A stretch of DNA of 63,765 nucleotides, filler included, from Chrysochromulina tobinii (taxonomy: Eukaryota), in the NCBI GenBank assembly GCA_001275005.1. It is 5 parts of 5 records of this genome, joined end to end, with 100 filler letters (N's around TTAATTAATTAA, not from the genome) between each part and the next. Parts side by side here need not be neighbours in the genome. Positions count along the whole stretch, not along the records: positions 43,955 to 59,507 come from JWZX01001203.1; positions 59,608 to 63,765 come from JWZX01001214.1; 3 more parts are not named here. One strand, given 5' to 3'. Shown one piece after another: positions 50,329 to 60,565 of the stretch; position 1 is the stretch's first letter; every line of letters begins with the position of its first letter. The translations under genes were made by a program, and so were the position numbers. The notes under the pieces were generated by a model. That model was given only the letters and a program-made list of their open reading frames with translations. It had not been told where the DNA came from and did no database searches.

Positions 50329-51645
50329 ATGGATTGGCGCACTGGAGTTCCAGGAATTACTGTGTGCAGGAGAAAAATGGCTTTGTTCATGCTCGGCCTG
50401 GCGAGCCGCATGGAGCACGCGACGGTGGTCTTAACGTCCCGGGTGATGACCACGGCTCCGGATGGCCTCGAGCTGCGAGCGGCGATGCAGGCGACGGCAG
50501 AGCCGGCGGCGGGAGTGGAGGACCATCATAATAATAATAATCATCATCATCAGCAGCAGTCCCGGGCTGCGCCGCAGGCGGGAGACGACGAGGCGCAGCC
50601 GCGCACTGTCGTCCCGGCACCGCGGCTGACTTGGGTGCGCGTCCAGCGTGTCACCGCAGTCCTCGTCCCTGGAACCCTCCCGCCCGCCGCTGATCTCGAG
50701 GCGGCAGATTTGCTCGACGCGCAAGCCGGGATGGACGAGGCCGCCGGAGAGGGCGCGCCGGCCGCCTACGTGCTCCCTCCCGAACGCCCTTCGGTCCTCC
50801 TCGGCTGCTTCGCCGGGGTCATGGCCGCATGCATCCTCCAAGGAACCGCCCCGGGAGGTCTCGCGTGGATGATGGTGCTGCTCGTCGCCCTGTACTCGCA
50901 CTGCGCCCTCACTGTACACCAGCAGACAGCGTCCTTCTGGCGCCGCATGCGCACGCTGGCCACGCTCTGCGCCGTGTGCGAGCTCATGGTCGCCCTCGTC
51001 ACCGGCAGCAACGTGGTGCGTGCCATGCTTACGTGGTCGAGCTGGTGTGAAAAGGGCGTGACTACGATCAATGCCGAAACTCTCTGCTACGCCGTCCTCG
51101 CGTCGTGTTCGAGCCAGTGCTTCATCGCCTTCGTGTGCGCGGCGATCTTCGCGCTCATCTGCATGCGCGGCGACCACCCCTACTACTACTGCTGCTCCTG
51201 GGGTTGCGACGATCGGCGCCGTCCTGAGCGTCCCGGGCGCTCTCCCGAGGCCGCCACGAATGCCTTCCATGCAACTGCTGTGATCCATGGCGCCGGCAAC
51301 CTCTGTGTACATGTCATTCTGTGGACCTGGATCGGTTTATTTGGCGGCTCTGTCGACGGGCGAGGAGGAGCGATGCACCCGGTGCCTTTCGCTGTGGCCG
51401 TCATCGCGGGCGCCCCTACCGGCGACCTGCGTGCCATCGGCGTGCCCTACTTGCCTAACGTGGCCTTTCTCGGAGGAGTCGAGGCGCTCACCTCCCCACC
51501 CAAACCCGCCGCCCCGCCACTCCCGCCGAGACTGTCGCCGTCTCCGTGCGCGCCTCCGCCGCGCCTGCCGTACCCACCGCTGCCGCCGTACCCCCTCCTA
51601 GCGCCGTACCCCCCCACGCCCAACTACGATGAGTACTTCTACTAG
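50329..51645 (+). CDS. Multi-pass membrane protein of unknown function with Pro-rich C-terminus
   Basis: 438-aa ORF with several hydrophobic segments; start uncertain. Confidence 0.5.
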   Translation: MDWRTGVPGITVCRRKMALFMLGLASRMEHATVVLTSRVMTTAPDGLELRAAMQATAEPAAGVEDHHNNNNHHHQQQSRAAPQAGDDEAQPRTVVPAPRLTWVRVQRVTAVLVPGTLPPAADLEAADLLDAQAGMDEAAGEGAPAAYVLPPERPSVLLGCFAGVMAACILQGTAPGGLAWMMVLLVALYSHCALTVHQQTASFWRRMRTLATLCAVCELMVALVTGSNVVRAMLTWSSWCEKGVTTINAETLCYAVLASCSSQCFIAFVCAAIFALICMRGDHPYYYCCSWGCDDRRRPERPGRSPEAATNAFHATAVIHGAGNLCVHVILWTWIGLFGGSVDGRGGAMHPVPFAVAVIAGAPTGDLRAIGVPYLPNVAFLGGVEALTSPPKPAAPPLPPRLSPSPCAPPPRLPYPPLPPYPLLAPYPPTPNYDEYFY

Positions 51646-51870
51646 TACTAAACGCAGAACACGCTCACCCAGGCGACGCCGCGCGCGGTCGGCCGCCGGG
51701 CCGGGCGCGGTTGACCGCAATTTAACACTTATGTTAAGCGCCCATCTTCACGTTATCTAATCGATGTTGTTACTGTAATAAATTAATTCAACCAGCCCGC
51801 GTCTCAGCCGTGCTCAGAAATCAGAAATCTGACCGCACAGAATCTCCCTTAGTTTCAAACGCCAGGGTGC

Positions 51871-52981
51871 TCAAAACCTGCCGCTGCTCAGGAAACCGTC
51901 GATGATCGCACTGCACGCCCGCGGGTCCTCCTGCATGAGCTGATGGGAAGCCTCCGGCACCTCATGGATAGGAGTCCCCGGCGGCAGGAGCGCTAACAGA
52001 GCTTCGGTCGACTTGCGTGGCACGAGCTTGTCGCTGTTGCCGCAGATCAAAAGAATGGGCACCTTAGCGCCGGCCGCTCGCACCTCGTCTGCGGTTGGCA
52101 GTACCAGCTGGCGATAGTAGGCCTTGAACATGTACGGCGGATTCGAAGCGTTGACCTCCTGCGCGAGCTGGAGCACGTGATGACGCTCGGGAGTGACGGA
52201 ACTCAGCGTCTTGGCATGCAGCGCGAGCGCTTCGAAGCCGGCTGAGAGCATCGGCTGGATCCAGCCCAGTACGAGTGCCGGACAGTAGAAGATCGAAGGT
52301 GCCTTGAATCCCTTCGGATGGAAACTCGCGCCCATGAGGACGAGACCGTCGATGGGTGCTGAAGTCTCCACTGGCGCTGCACCCACAATGCCGAGCGCCA
52401 ATGCGCAGCCAGCCGAGTGGCAGACCAGGAGGTTCTTCTTCTCCTCCGACCCACCGAGCACCTGGGTCGCTCGCCCATATCGCACGACCACAGCAGCCAG
52501 ATCAGCGCGCAGCTCGAGGAAGGAATACGCGTACCAATCGCGAGGCTTTGGCGAGCGGCCACAGCCCAGGTAATCATACGCAACCACCTCGTGACCTGCC
52601 GCTGCATAGTACGCCACGAGCGCCTCGTACTGCCAAATCGGAGGGACAAGGGAGCGTTGGAGAAGACGAGACTGAAGTGATGGCAGGGCAGTGACAGGTA
52701 AAGACGGTTCGGTCTCCAAGGCGGAAGTGATTGCAGGGCGTGACAGTGAAAGACGTTCGGACTCCAACACTGACCTGCAGCATTGAGGCGCACGAACCGT
52801 GCACGAAAAAGATGCGCGGCTTGCTAGTGGACGATGGGCGGTGGTGCACGGCAACGTGGCGCCCGGGGCGGATCTCGACGGTCTCGACGAGGAGGCGGGC
52901 TTCCAGGGAGGCGGTGATGGAGGTCATGGCCTGCTCCGACGATCCGCAAGATTCGTCAACGTCGAGGAATCTCAAAAGCAT
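51871..52981 (-). CDS. Alpha/beta hydrolase; exons 52981-52775, 52629-51871
   Basis: IFFVHGS, YDYLGCGRS, nucleophile elbow CHSAG, G.SDKLVP, ASHQLMQEDP; intron 52630-52774. Confidence 0.85.
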
Positions 52982-53081
52982 GAAAATTCGTCTTTCCGAA
53001 GAAGAGGCCAGAAGGTCTCACTTCTCATCAACTCTGCATTGTGAAATCGAGTTTGGCCAACGAACGTCGCAGGATCGTCAA

Positions 53082-55088
53082 ATGTCTGCCCTCCTTGAAG
53101 CTTGCCACCGCGGCGACATGAGCGCGGTGCGCGATCTCGTCGCGGAGGGCCATGCCGTGGATGAGGCAGATGAGGACGGGCGCACTCCACTTTTCATCGC
53201 CTGCCGTGAGGGCAATGTCGAATGTGCGCGGTACCTGATTGAGGCACGCGCCGCCACAGTCAACCAGGCAAGGAAGGACGGGGTCACACCGCTCCTCCTC
53301 GCCTGCTCGCAAGACAAGCCCGCGTGCGTGCAGCTTCTGCTCGAGTCGAGTGCCGCAGTCGACAAGGCGGCCGAGGATATGGCCACACCACTCATCATCT
53401 CCTGTCAGGAGGGCAACGCCGAGTGCGCTGCACTGCTCATAGCCGCGAGCGCCGCCATCAATCGGGCGAGGGATGACGGGGTGACACCGCTCCAGATCGC
53501 CTGCCAGGAAGGCGAGCTCCGCTGCGTGCAGCTGCTGCTCAATGCGGGGGTCTCCATCGACAAGACAGCCGACGACGAGTCTACGGCGCTCTACGTCGCC
53601 TGCCAAGCGGGCAAGGTGGAATGCGTGCGGCTGCTGTGTGAGGCGCGCGCCGCTGTCAACAAGGCGAAGTCCGGTGGCTTCACGCCGCTCTACATCGCTT
53701 GCGAAAAGGGCCGGATCGAGTGCGTGCTCCTGCTTCTGGCCGCGCGTGCTGCCGTCGACCAGGCGGACGAGGACGGGGCCACGCCACTCTTCATCGCGTG
53801 CACGGCTGGCCATCCGGAGTGCGCCTCGCTGCTCATTGGGGCGGGTGCCGCCATCAACCTCGCGGCCGAGGGCGGGCTGACGCCACTCATCTTCGCCTGC
53901 GCGATGGGCAAGCAAGAGTGCGTGGCACTACTGCTCGCAGCACAGGCACTCGTCGACCAGACGGACCAGAGCGGGGCCACGCCGCTCTGCATCGCGTGCC
54001 AGGAGGGCAAGGCCAAATGCGCGGCGCTCCTCTGTGAGGCGAACGCGGCGCTCGACCTGCCAAAAGATGATGGAGCTACACCGCTCTTCATGGCCTGCCA
54101 GGAGGGGTGGACGGAGTGTGCGCGTGTGCTCATCTCTGCGCGCGCCTCGATTGATCGGCCGCACCACGATGGGCGCACGCCGCTCTTCATGGCCTGCCAG
54201 GAGGGCCAGATCGAGTGCGCGCGGCTGCTGTGTGAGGCACGCGCCGCCGTCGACCAGCCTAGAGAAGACGGAGTCTCCCCGCTCTGGGCCACATGCGAAA
54301 CAGGTTTGCATGCGTGTGCACAGCTGCTGCTCAGCGCGCGTGCCGCCGTCGATGCGGCCTCCAAAGGCGGCTCCACGCCCCTCTGGATCGCCTGCCAGCA
54401 AGGCAAGCCCGAATGCGTGCGGCTGCTCTGCGAGGCCAAAGCGGTCGTGGATCGGCCGATGGAGGGAGGGTTCACGCCGCTCGTCATTGCCTGCCAGTTC
54501 GGCCACAGAGACGTGGTCCAGCTCCTGCTGGATGCGAATGCTGACGCACTCGCCAAGTCTCCCATCGGGGGATACAGCGCGCGCGAAGCTGCCCACAAGA
54601 GCGGGGACGCGCGCTGCATCGCCCTGCTGGACGAGTCGCGTGCCAAGGAACTTGGGCGTCTCCTGGCGCAAGGCCCTCCGCTCCCTGAGCGCTGGCTCCG
54701 CGTGCGCGAGGCCATCCTGTGCGACGCCAAGGAGCGCCCTTGGTCGCTTGCGACGACGCTCAAGCGTGGCGGGCTCCGAGGCTATCCTCTGCTCGAGGAC
54801 ACGAAGGTGATGGCCGTGCTCATCGGCAGCCAAGACGACGAGCTCGCAGCACTCGGCCGCCGCCTCTTGGATGCGCAGAGGGCCTCGGTCGCGCCGGAAC
54901 TGCCGCCGGAGGCAGAGGCATCGGCGGCAGAGGCACCGGCGGCAGAGGCACCGGCGGCAGAGGCACCGGCGGCAGAGGCTGAAGCGGCGGAGGCTGAGGC
55001 GGCGGAGGCTGAGGCGGCGGAGGCTGAGGCAGCTGAGGTCCTCGACAAAACAGAAAAGCCTGTTCTGTGCGCTCCTTCACTTGCGTGA
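53082..55088 (+). CDS. Ankyrin-repeat protein (~15 repeats) with acidic Ala/Glu tail
   Basis: Repeated G.TPL.IAC.EG..EC..LL units. Confidence 0.92.
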   Translation: MSALLEACHRGDMSAVRDLVAEGHAVDEADEDGRTPLFIACREGNVECARYLIEARAATVNQARKDGVTPLLLACSQDKPACVQLLLESSAAVDKAAEDMATPLIISCQEGNAECAALLIAASAAINRARDDGVTPLQIACQEGELRCVQLLLNAGVSIDKTADDESTALYVACQAGKVECVRLLCEARAAVNKAKSGGFTPLYIACEKGRIECVLLLLAARAAVDQADEDGATPLFIACTAGHPECASLLIGAGAAINLAAEGGLTPLIFACAMGKQECVALLLAAQALVDQTDQSGATPLCIACQEGKAKCAALLCEANAALDLPKDDGATPLFMACQEGWTECARVLISARASIDRPHHDGRTPLFMACQEGQIECARLLCEARAAVDQPREDGVSPLWATCETGLHACAQLLLSARAAVDAASKGGSTPLWIACQQGKPECVRLLCEAKAVVDRPMEGGFTPLVIACQFGHRDVVQLLLDANADALAKSPIGGYSAREAAHKSGDARCIALLDESRAKELGRLLAQGPPLPERWLRVREAILCDAKERPWSLATTLKRGGLRGYPLLEDTKVMAVLIGSQDDELAALGRRLLDAQRASVAPELPPEAEASAAEAPAAEAPAAEAPAAEAEAAEAEAAEAEAAEAEAAEVLDKTEKPVLCAPSLA

Positions 55089-55451
55089 CCCTATGAACGG
55101 AACTGTGTATCGCCACCTAGGTATCCTACAGAGCTATACCGTACACGCAACCTACAGAGCTCTATGCGGTCCCGTCCCGCCCGTACGCACTCCTGCGCGG
55201 TGTGTGCCGCTGCCGGCTCGTCGTTAGCGCGAAATAGCGCCCCTCGCCCCGCCCGCGGCCGCGCGCCGCGCCCCCCGGTGGCGGCAATGCGGTGGCGAGT
55301 ACGCGTTGAGTACCAGTACCGAGTACGCGAGACCGCATCGAATCTAAATAACGTCGAAGGGCGAACCCGAACGCTAAACCGCTGCGGTAAGCGTGGCTGC
55401 CCTAGTAAAATCAAAAACGTCCGCACAGGTGTCAGGTGTCCCACAATGATG

Positions 55452-57662
55452 TCACATGACGGTGCACAAGGCGCTCTCGGCCGTGCTGCCGCCGCGGCCA
55501 CCCCGCTTCGGCGTCATCACCTGCGACGCGTGCTTGCCTGAGCGCGCGCTGCGGTGGCGCGCGCGCAGGTCGGAGGAGCCCCATGGCGAGTGGTCGACGG
55601 CGACGTACCTCACCTCGAACTCGGCGACGACAGGCTTATGGTCGGACGTGCGGAATGCGGGCACGTCCGTGTATCGCACGAGGCGCACGTCCGCATCCGC
55701 CGCCTGCTGCCGCCGCGCCAGCGCCGCTCCCTGGAGCGGTCTTGTTGCGCCCGCGGCCTCCTCGGCCTCGAGGGCATGCGCCCGGGCGCCTAGCACGGGG
55801 ACAGGCTCACCCGCCGGCCACGTGTCACTCGGCGGTGGACGCCAGAGCACACGGTCCGTGTACGCGGGGATGCGAAGCTTCGCGGAGAGGTCGTACCTTT
55901 CGTTCTGCTTCTTATCGTACTTGTACGTCGGCCGAAAATGGATTGCGCCCTCGCAGAACTCTCCGAACGCGGCGCCGCTCGCCATCTGAGCTCGTAGCTG
56001 GTCGTTAGCGAGCAGCACAGCTCGAGAGTGCGCCCAGTGCGCCGCCTCTCCGCGCCACTCGGCCGACGTGCGTGCCCTCGCGTCCGCGGGGGCGAGCAGC
56101 GCGTCCATCATCGCACGGTTGCCATTGATTCGGTAGTTGAGATCGCCAAACCAGAAGGCCCGATCGAAGGCCGCCGTCGCGGAACCACCGCGCTCGGCGT
56201 GGGTTGGGGCGTTGCTACTGCCGCCGATGCCAGCACCGTCGCCGTCGCCGCCTCTACTGCCGCCGCTGCTCTCACCGCTGCAGCTCGGGGCAACACTGGC
56301 CGTGGCCGCCGTCAGCGTCGCCTCGATCGCCGCCGCGGAGCCCATCGCTGTAGAGCCCATCGCCGCTTCCGCGGCGTCTGTAGAGGCGGGGTCATCGGCG
56401 GCCGTGGAGTCGGTCGGTACGGCGGCGGCGGGGTCAGCTAAAGCCGGAGACGCTGTAGCTGAGGCCGGAGGCCCTGTAGCAGAAGCCGGAGGCCTTCTAG
56501 CTGACGCCGGAGACGCCGGAGACGCTGTGGCTGACGCCGGCAATTGCATGGACCCGTGGTTGGTGCGTGTCGATGTCGTGCGCGGCGCCGTGATGGGCGG
56601 AATTATGTAGAAGACGAGACGGCCTGTCTCCGGCTGCTGCGATGGCGGCTCCGGCTGCTGCTGCTGCTGCTCAGGCAGCGGCGGCGGCGACTGCGACTGC
56701 GGCGGCGCGCCCTCGGCAGCGCGACCCGTGACGCGTTCTCGAGACCCGTGACCCGTGACGCCCGTCTCGAGCCTGGCACTGATGCCGTCGCCGCTGCTGA
56801 TGCTGCTGCTGCTGCTCCACTTGCGATCCAGCGTCGGAAGCTCCATCGCGAGAGCTGCTGGCGAGCTGACGCTGCGGCGCATTGAGGTGCCAAACGGGCG
56901 GAGCGGCAGCCCAGTGTCGATGCGATGGAAGTCGGCGTTGCGCTCCGCCACCCTATGCTGGTGTGCGGCGAGGTGCGCATTCACGAATAGGAAAGAGGTG
57001 TGGCCAAGCGTGAGTGCGATGGCGACGCCGCCCTTGTTGCCTAGCGAACCCGCGAACCCGGTGGACAGCCCGGTGGACACGTGCGCCGACTGCACGTGAG
57101 CCACCTGCGGCAGCAGCCGCGTGCGCACGAAGACTGCGAGGTGGATCGCCACTAGTGTCTGTGAGCCGACGCACTTGTAGTGAGGGCCAAGCGCCGTCTC
57201 GAGCCGACCGAGCCACTGAGCCTTGGAGGGCAGCAGGACGGACGCCTCGATGCCGCGCTGCGCCTCCTGCGTGCCGATGGCGTACACGTCGGGCGTTGCA
57301 ACCGCGCCGCCCAGCCACGGCTTGAGGTCGTCAGGCGCCTCCTTTCCGTGCAGGTTCCATGTGGCCACCACGACGCGCAGCATCGCGTCCTGTGGTACGA
57401 TCATATCGTCCTCCGGCAATATCAGTGTATGTGGCCACCAAGACGGCCCCGCGGGCTGTGCGACCGAGTCTTTGGCCACCCTTTGAGCAACTGGGCCCTT
57501 CCACGGCGGCTCAAAGGGCGGTGGAGGCGGCGCAACTTTGGAGCTGCCTGGCGGAGGCAGCTCGGCGCCGAGCCACGACCGTGCATCGTCAAACGCCTTC
57601 TCGCGAGGGCCGTTCGCGTCTGGAGGTGCGGGCGCCACCTTGGAGCTGGCACTAAAGTGCAT
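55452..57662 (-). CDS. Inositol polyphosphate 5-phosphatase, INPP5E-like, with C-terminal CaaX (CTVM)
   Basis: VATWNL, IGTQE, GNKGGV, FVNAHLAAH, FWFGDLNYRI, F.PTYKYD, PAYTDRVLW, SDHKPV. Confidence 0.9.
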   Translation of the reverse strand: MHFSASSKVAPAPPDANGPREKAFDDARSWLGAELPPPGSSKVAPPPPPFEPPWKGPVAQRVAKDSVAQPAGPSWWPHTLILPEDDMIVPQDAMLRVVVATWNLHGKEAPDDLKPWLGGAVATPDVYAIGTQEAQRGIEASVLLPSKAQWLGRLETALGPHYKCVGSQTLVAIHLAVFVRTRLLPQVAHVQSAHVSTGLSTGFAGSLGNKGGVAIALTLGHTSFLFVNAHLAAHQHRVAERNADFHRIDTGLPLRPFGTSMRRSVSSPAALAMELPTLDRKWSSSSSISSGDGISARLETGVTGHGSRERVTGRAAEGAPPQSQSPPPLPEQQQQQPEPPSQQPETGRLVFYIIPPITAPRTTSTRTNHGSMQLPASATASPASPASARRPPASATGPPASATASPALADPAAAVPTDSTAADDPASTDAAEAAMGSTAMGSAAAIEATLTAATASVAPSCSGESSGGSRGGDGDGAGIGGSSNAPTHAERGGSATAAFDRAFWFGDLNYRINGNRAMMDALLAPADARARTSAEWRGEAAHWAHSRAVLLANDQLRAQMASGAAFGEFCEGAIHFRPTYKYDKKQNERYDLSAKLRIPAYTDRVLWRPPPSDTWPAGEPVPVLGARAHALEAEEAAGATRPLQGAALARRQQAADADVRLVRYTDVPAFRTSDHKPVVAEFEVRYVAVDHSPWGSSDLRARHRSARSGKHASQVMTPKRGGRGGSTAESALCTVM

Positions 57663-58109
57663 GTGACGACCGTTGCCAAAAAACGAACGCTCGACGAGTG
57701 TGAACACGGACGTCTGAGAAAAAAATGTCCGAGATACAACGTAGACGTACGTGCGTAAGCGGTAAGGAAATATCTATTATCTCAGAAACATCCGAGTTCC
57801 GACGGGTTATTAATACACGTAGCTGGAAATTCTCTGCGACGGTACTGCGGCACACAGCGAGGACTCGAATCGCCTTCATGCATTTCTGTCATCTCACGCG
57901 TGCTCCGCCTCCCGCGCCGCTGGCACACGACCTCGCCTGTGCCGTCGCGTTCTGTCAGCTGTGCACCGTGACCGCGACGCGAGGTCCTTGGCTCCTCGCA
58001 AGACCTCAACATGCGGCTCCTGTAGTGTAAATGCGCGCCCCGGCACTTCCTGCCTGCCCCTGGCCTGCCCACTGCCCCCGCGCGCATGCCTCCCGAACAC
58101 CTCCGCCCC

Positions 58110-58426
58110 AGTGCCAAAGTGCCAACGTGTCTGCCAAAGTGCCAACGTGTCTCCCCCATTCCCTCGTCCTGCGCGCGATCAGCGCCCACGAGGACGCGAT
58201 CCGCGTGCGCAGGGCAACCCTCGCGAGTCATCAGCTTGATTACGAGTAATCAGCGCCCACGAGGACGCGATCCGCGTGCGCAGGGCAACCCTCGCGAGTA
58301 GTCAGTGGCAACTTGGCCGCTGATTACTCGCGCTGATTACGCGCTGAGTACTCACACAGCGAGGACTCAGCGCCACGTGGCCGCTGATTACTCGTACTCA
58401 GCGTACTCAGCGCCACGTGGCCGCTG
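58110..58426. repeat. Patchwork of direct and inverted short duplications
   Basis: tgccaaagtgccaacgtgtct x2; ~51-bp atcagcgcccacgagg...cctcgcgagt at ~58178 and ~58249; actcagcgccacgtggccgctg x2; gagtaatcagcg/cgctgattactc inverted. Confidence 0.7.
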
Positions 58427-59507
58427 CCGCCGCCGCCACTTGCGCCGCCGATGCCGCCGCCGCCATCCGAGCAAGCGGAATGGGCGCGATCAGCGAGATC
58501 CAGGACGACCGGTCGGGCGACGCCTCGCTCTCAGCCGTCGCCGTCGCGAGCGTATTCCTAGGAATGTTCTCCGAGTTCTCATACCGTGGCGCCGCTGGAC
58601 GGCCGATCGTCTTGACCAGCGGAGAGGTTGGGATGGTCCGCAGAAGGCGCGCGGCGAAGCTGTCGCCCGTCGGAAGGGTCGCGTGGAAGTCGGCCGACGG
58701 CGAGGGCTGCGCTATCTCGGCGCGCGCGGCCGCGACCGCCGCCTGCGCTTGGCCCATGGCGATGGCGACGGTCGGGCTGCGGAAGCTCTCGACGCCCGCG
58801 ACGGCGCCCGCGACGGCGCCCGGCGGGGTGCTTGGCGGGCGCTCCACACGGCGCGAGGCAGGTGCGGTCTGTTCGTGCGAGGCGGCGTGCGCGTGCGAGA
58901 CGGCGTGCGCAGCGTCAGTCAGCCATCGAGGCTCTGCCTCCTCCAGGGACCGCGTGCTCAGCGGCCGCTCGTCCTCAGTAGCCGTCTCCCACGCCGCCTC
59001 CCACGCCGCCGCCTCGGCCGCCGCGAACGACGAGCGCTCGCGCGCGACGACCGCCGCCTGGGCATCCGTCGAAGGCGTCGCCACGAGCGCCGTCTCGAGC
59101 GCCACGATCGCGTAGCCGAGGAGCGCCGCCTCGGCCGCCTTCTCATCGAGCTGCTCGCGCGCGTCCGCGAGGGCCGCCCGCTTGGCCTCAAGCGCCGCCT
59201 CGAGCGCCGCCTCGCTCGCCTCGAGCGCCGCCTCGGTCGACTTGAGCTCCGAGTGCGTCGCCTGCAGCCGCTCGCACAGCGCGTCGCGCTGGCGCGTCGT
59301 ACTGAGCAGCGCCTCCTCGGAGATCGCGAGCTCGCGCGTGAGCTCCTCAGCGTGGCCCTGCGCCTTGGCGAGGTGCGACGCGGCGTACGCGAGCGCCTCT
59401 TCAGCCGCCGCCGCCGCCGCCTCGGCCGCGTCCGCCATGGCCCACGCCTTCGAGGCGTCCGCGTCCGCCTCCGCCGCTTGCCTTTCGGCGGCGGCGGCCC
59501 GCGCCCC
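58407..59507 (-). CDS. Coiled-coil protein, C-terminal fragment
   Basis: Ala/Glu-rich heptad ORF open to the spacer. Confidence 0.55.
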   Translation of the reverse strand, partial: GARAAAAERQAAEADADASKAWAMADAAEAAAAAAEEALAYAASHLAKAQGHAEELTRELAISEEALLSTTRQRDALCERLQATHSELKSTEAALEASEAALEAALEAKRAALADAREQLDEKAAEAALLGYAIVALETALVATPSTDAQAAVVARERSSFAAAEAAAWEAAWETATEDERPLSTRSLEEAEPRWLTDAAHAVSHAHAASHEQTAPASRRVERPPSTPPGAVAGAVAGVESFRSPTVAIAMGQAQAAVAAARAEIAQPSPSADFHATLPTGDSFAARLLRTIPTSPLVKTIGRPAAPRYENSENIPRNTLATATAESEASPDRSSWISLIAPIPLARMAAAASAAQVAAAAAATWR

Positions 59508-59607
59508 NNNNNNNNNNNNNNNNNNNNNNNNNNNNNNNNNNNNNNNNNNNNTTAATTAATTAANNNNNNNNNNNNNNNNNNNNNNNNNNNNNNNNNNNNN
59601 NNNNNNN
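59508..59607. other. Artificial contig spacer
   Basis: 44 N + TTAATTAATTAA + 44 N. Confidence 0.98.
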
Positions 59608-60565
59608 TTGCGTACGTTTACGGCTGTTCGCTCATTCGTGGGGTTTCGACTTTCGTTTTTAGGAGGTTTGTCGGACACACATCACGGCTCCGCAGCAGCT
59701 CCGCAGTCCGCTCCGTGAGCGTCATGGTGACCATCTTCATCTTGATGGAGCGGTCTCTCGTCTCAGACACGTCATATCGTTTACGCAAGGCCGTAGCGCG
59801 TAGGCTAGCCCGCGTAGGAGACGAGAGTCGAGACTCGAGAGATCGGAAGATAAGATCGGATCCATGGATCGGATCGGATGTAAGCGTCGCCAGGAAAAGT
59901 GTTGGACAAACACCTCCTATCAACTCGACTCCACAGAATGGGGCCGTGTGAACAGGCCGCAACGACTCCGCTCGCGCCTTTGTGAGTTTGAGTGCGCCTC
60001 GCCCTCACTCAACTGCCACCGATCAATTCGTGGCCGCCTTAGGCTTGCGCGCATTTGCCCCCGCCGCCTTGTCCTTTTTATAGGTTGGAGGTTCGGTCGG
60101 GTTTTATAATCGACGTAGTGCTTGGCTCCGGCTTGGACCTCGCTGCACTCCGAGCTCGCGTGCACGGACTCACACAACACACTACCATGCACACTACACG
60201 CGACGCGCACACGGTTTGAGCATGTTGACCGGACGAATAAAGATGTTAGACGCATTTTTATCGGTCGCTCCCGCACAGTACAAAGCGGCGGGTCTCGTGT
60301 GGGAGCAAGTGAATTCTTCCTCCAACTAACTCCAACTCCACACACAGAAATGAACACAGCCACTCAGCAACAGTACCCAGACGCGCACATTCCTGGACAT
60401 CGATGGATGGCTCTACGCACGCGAGCGAAGGCAGCAGATCGAACCTCCCTCCCCCCACAAGCCACTTTCTTACTCAGATCACTCACAAAGCAGTTCAGCA
60501 GCAGACCGAATCCCTCCTCCTTGCCCTCCCCGGCATGATGATTAATGTCCCGCGACCATCTACGC

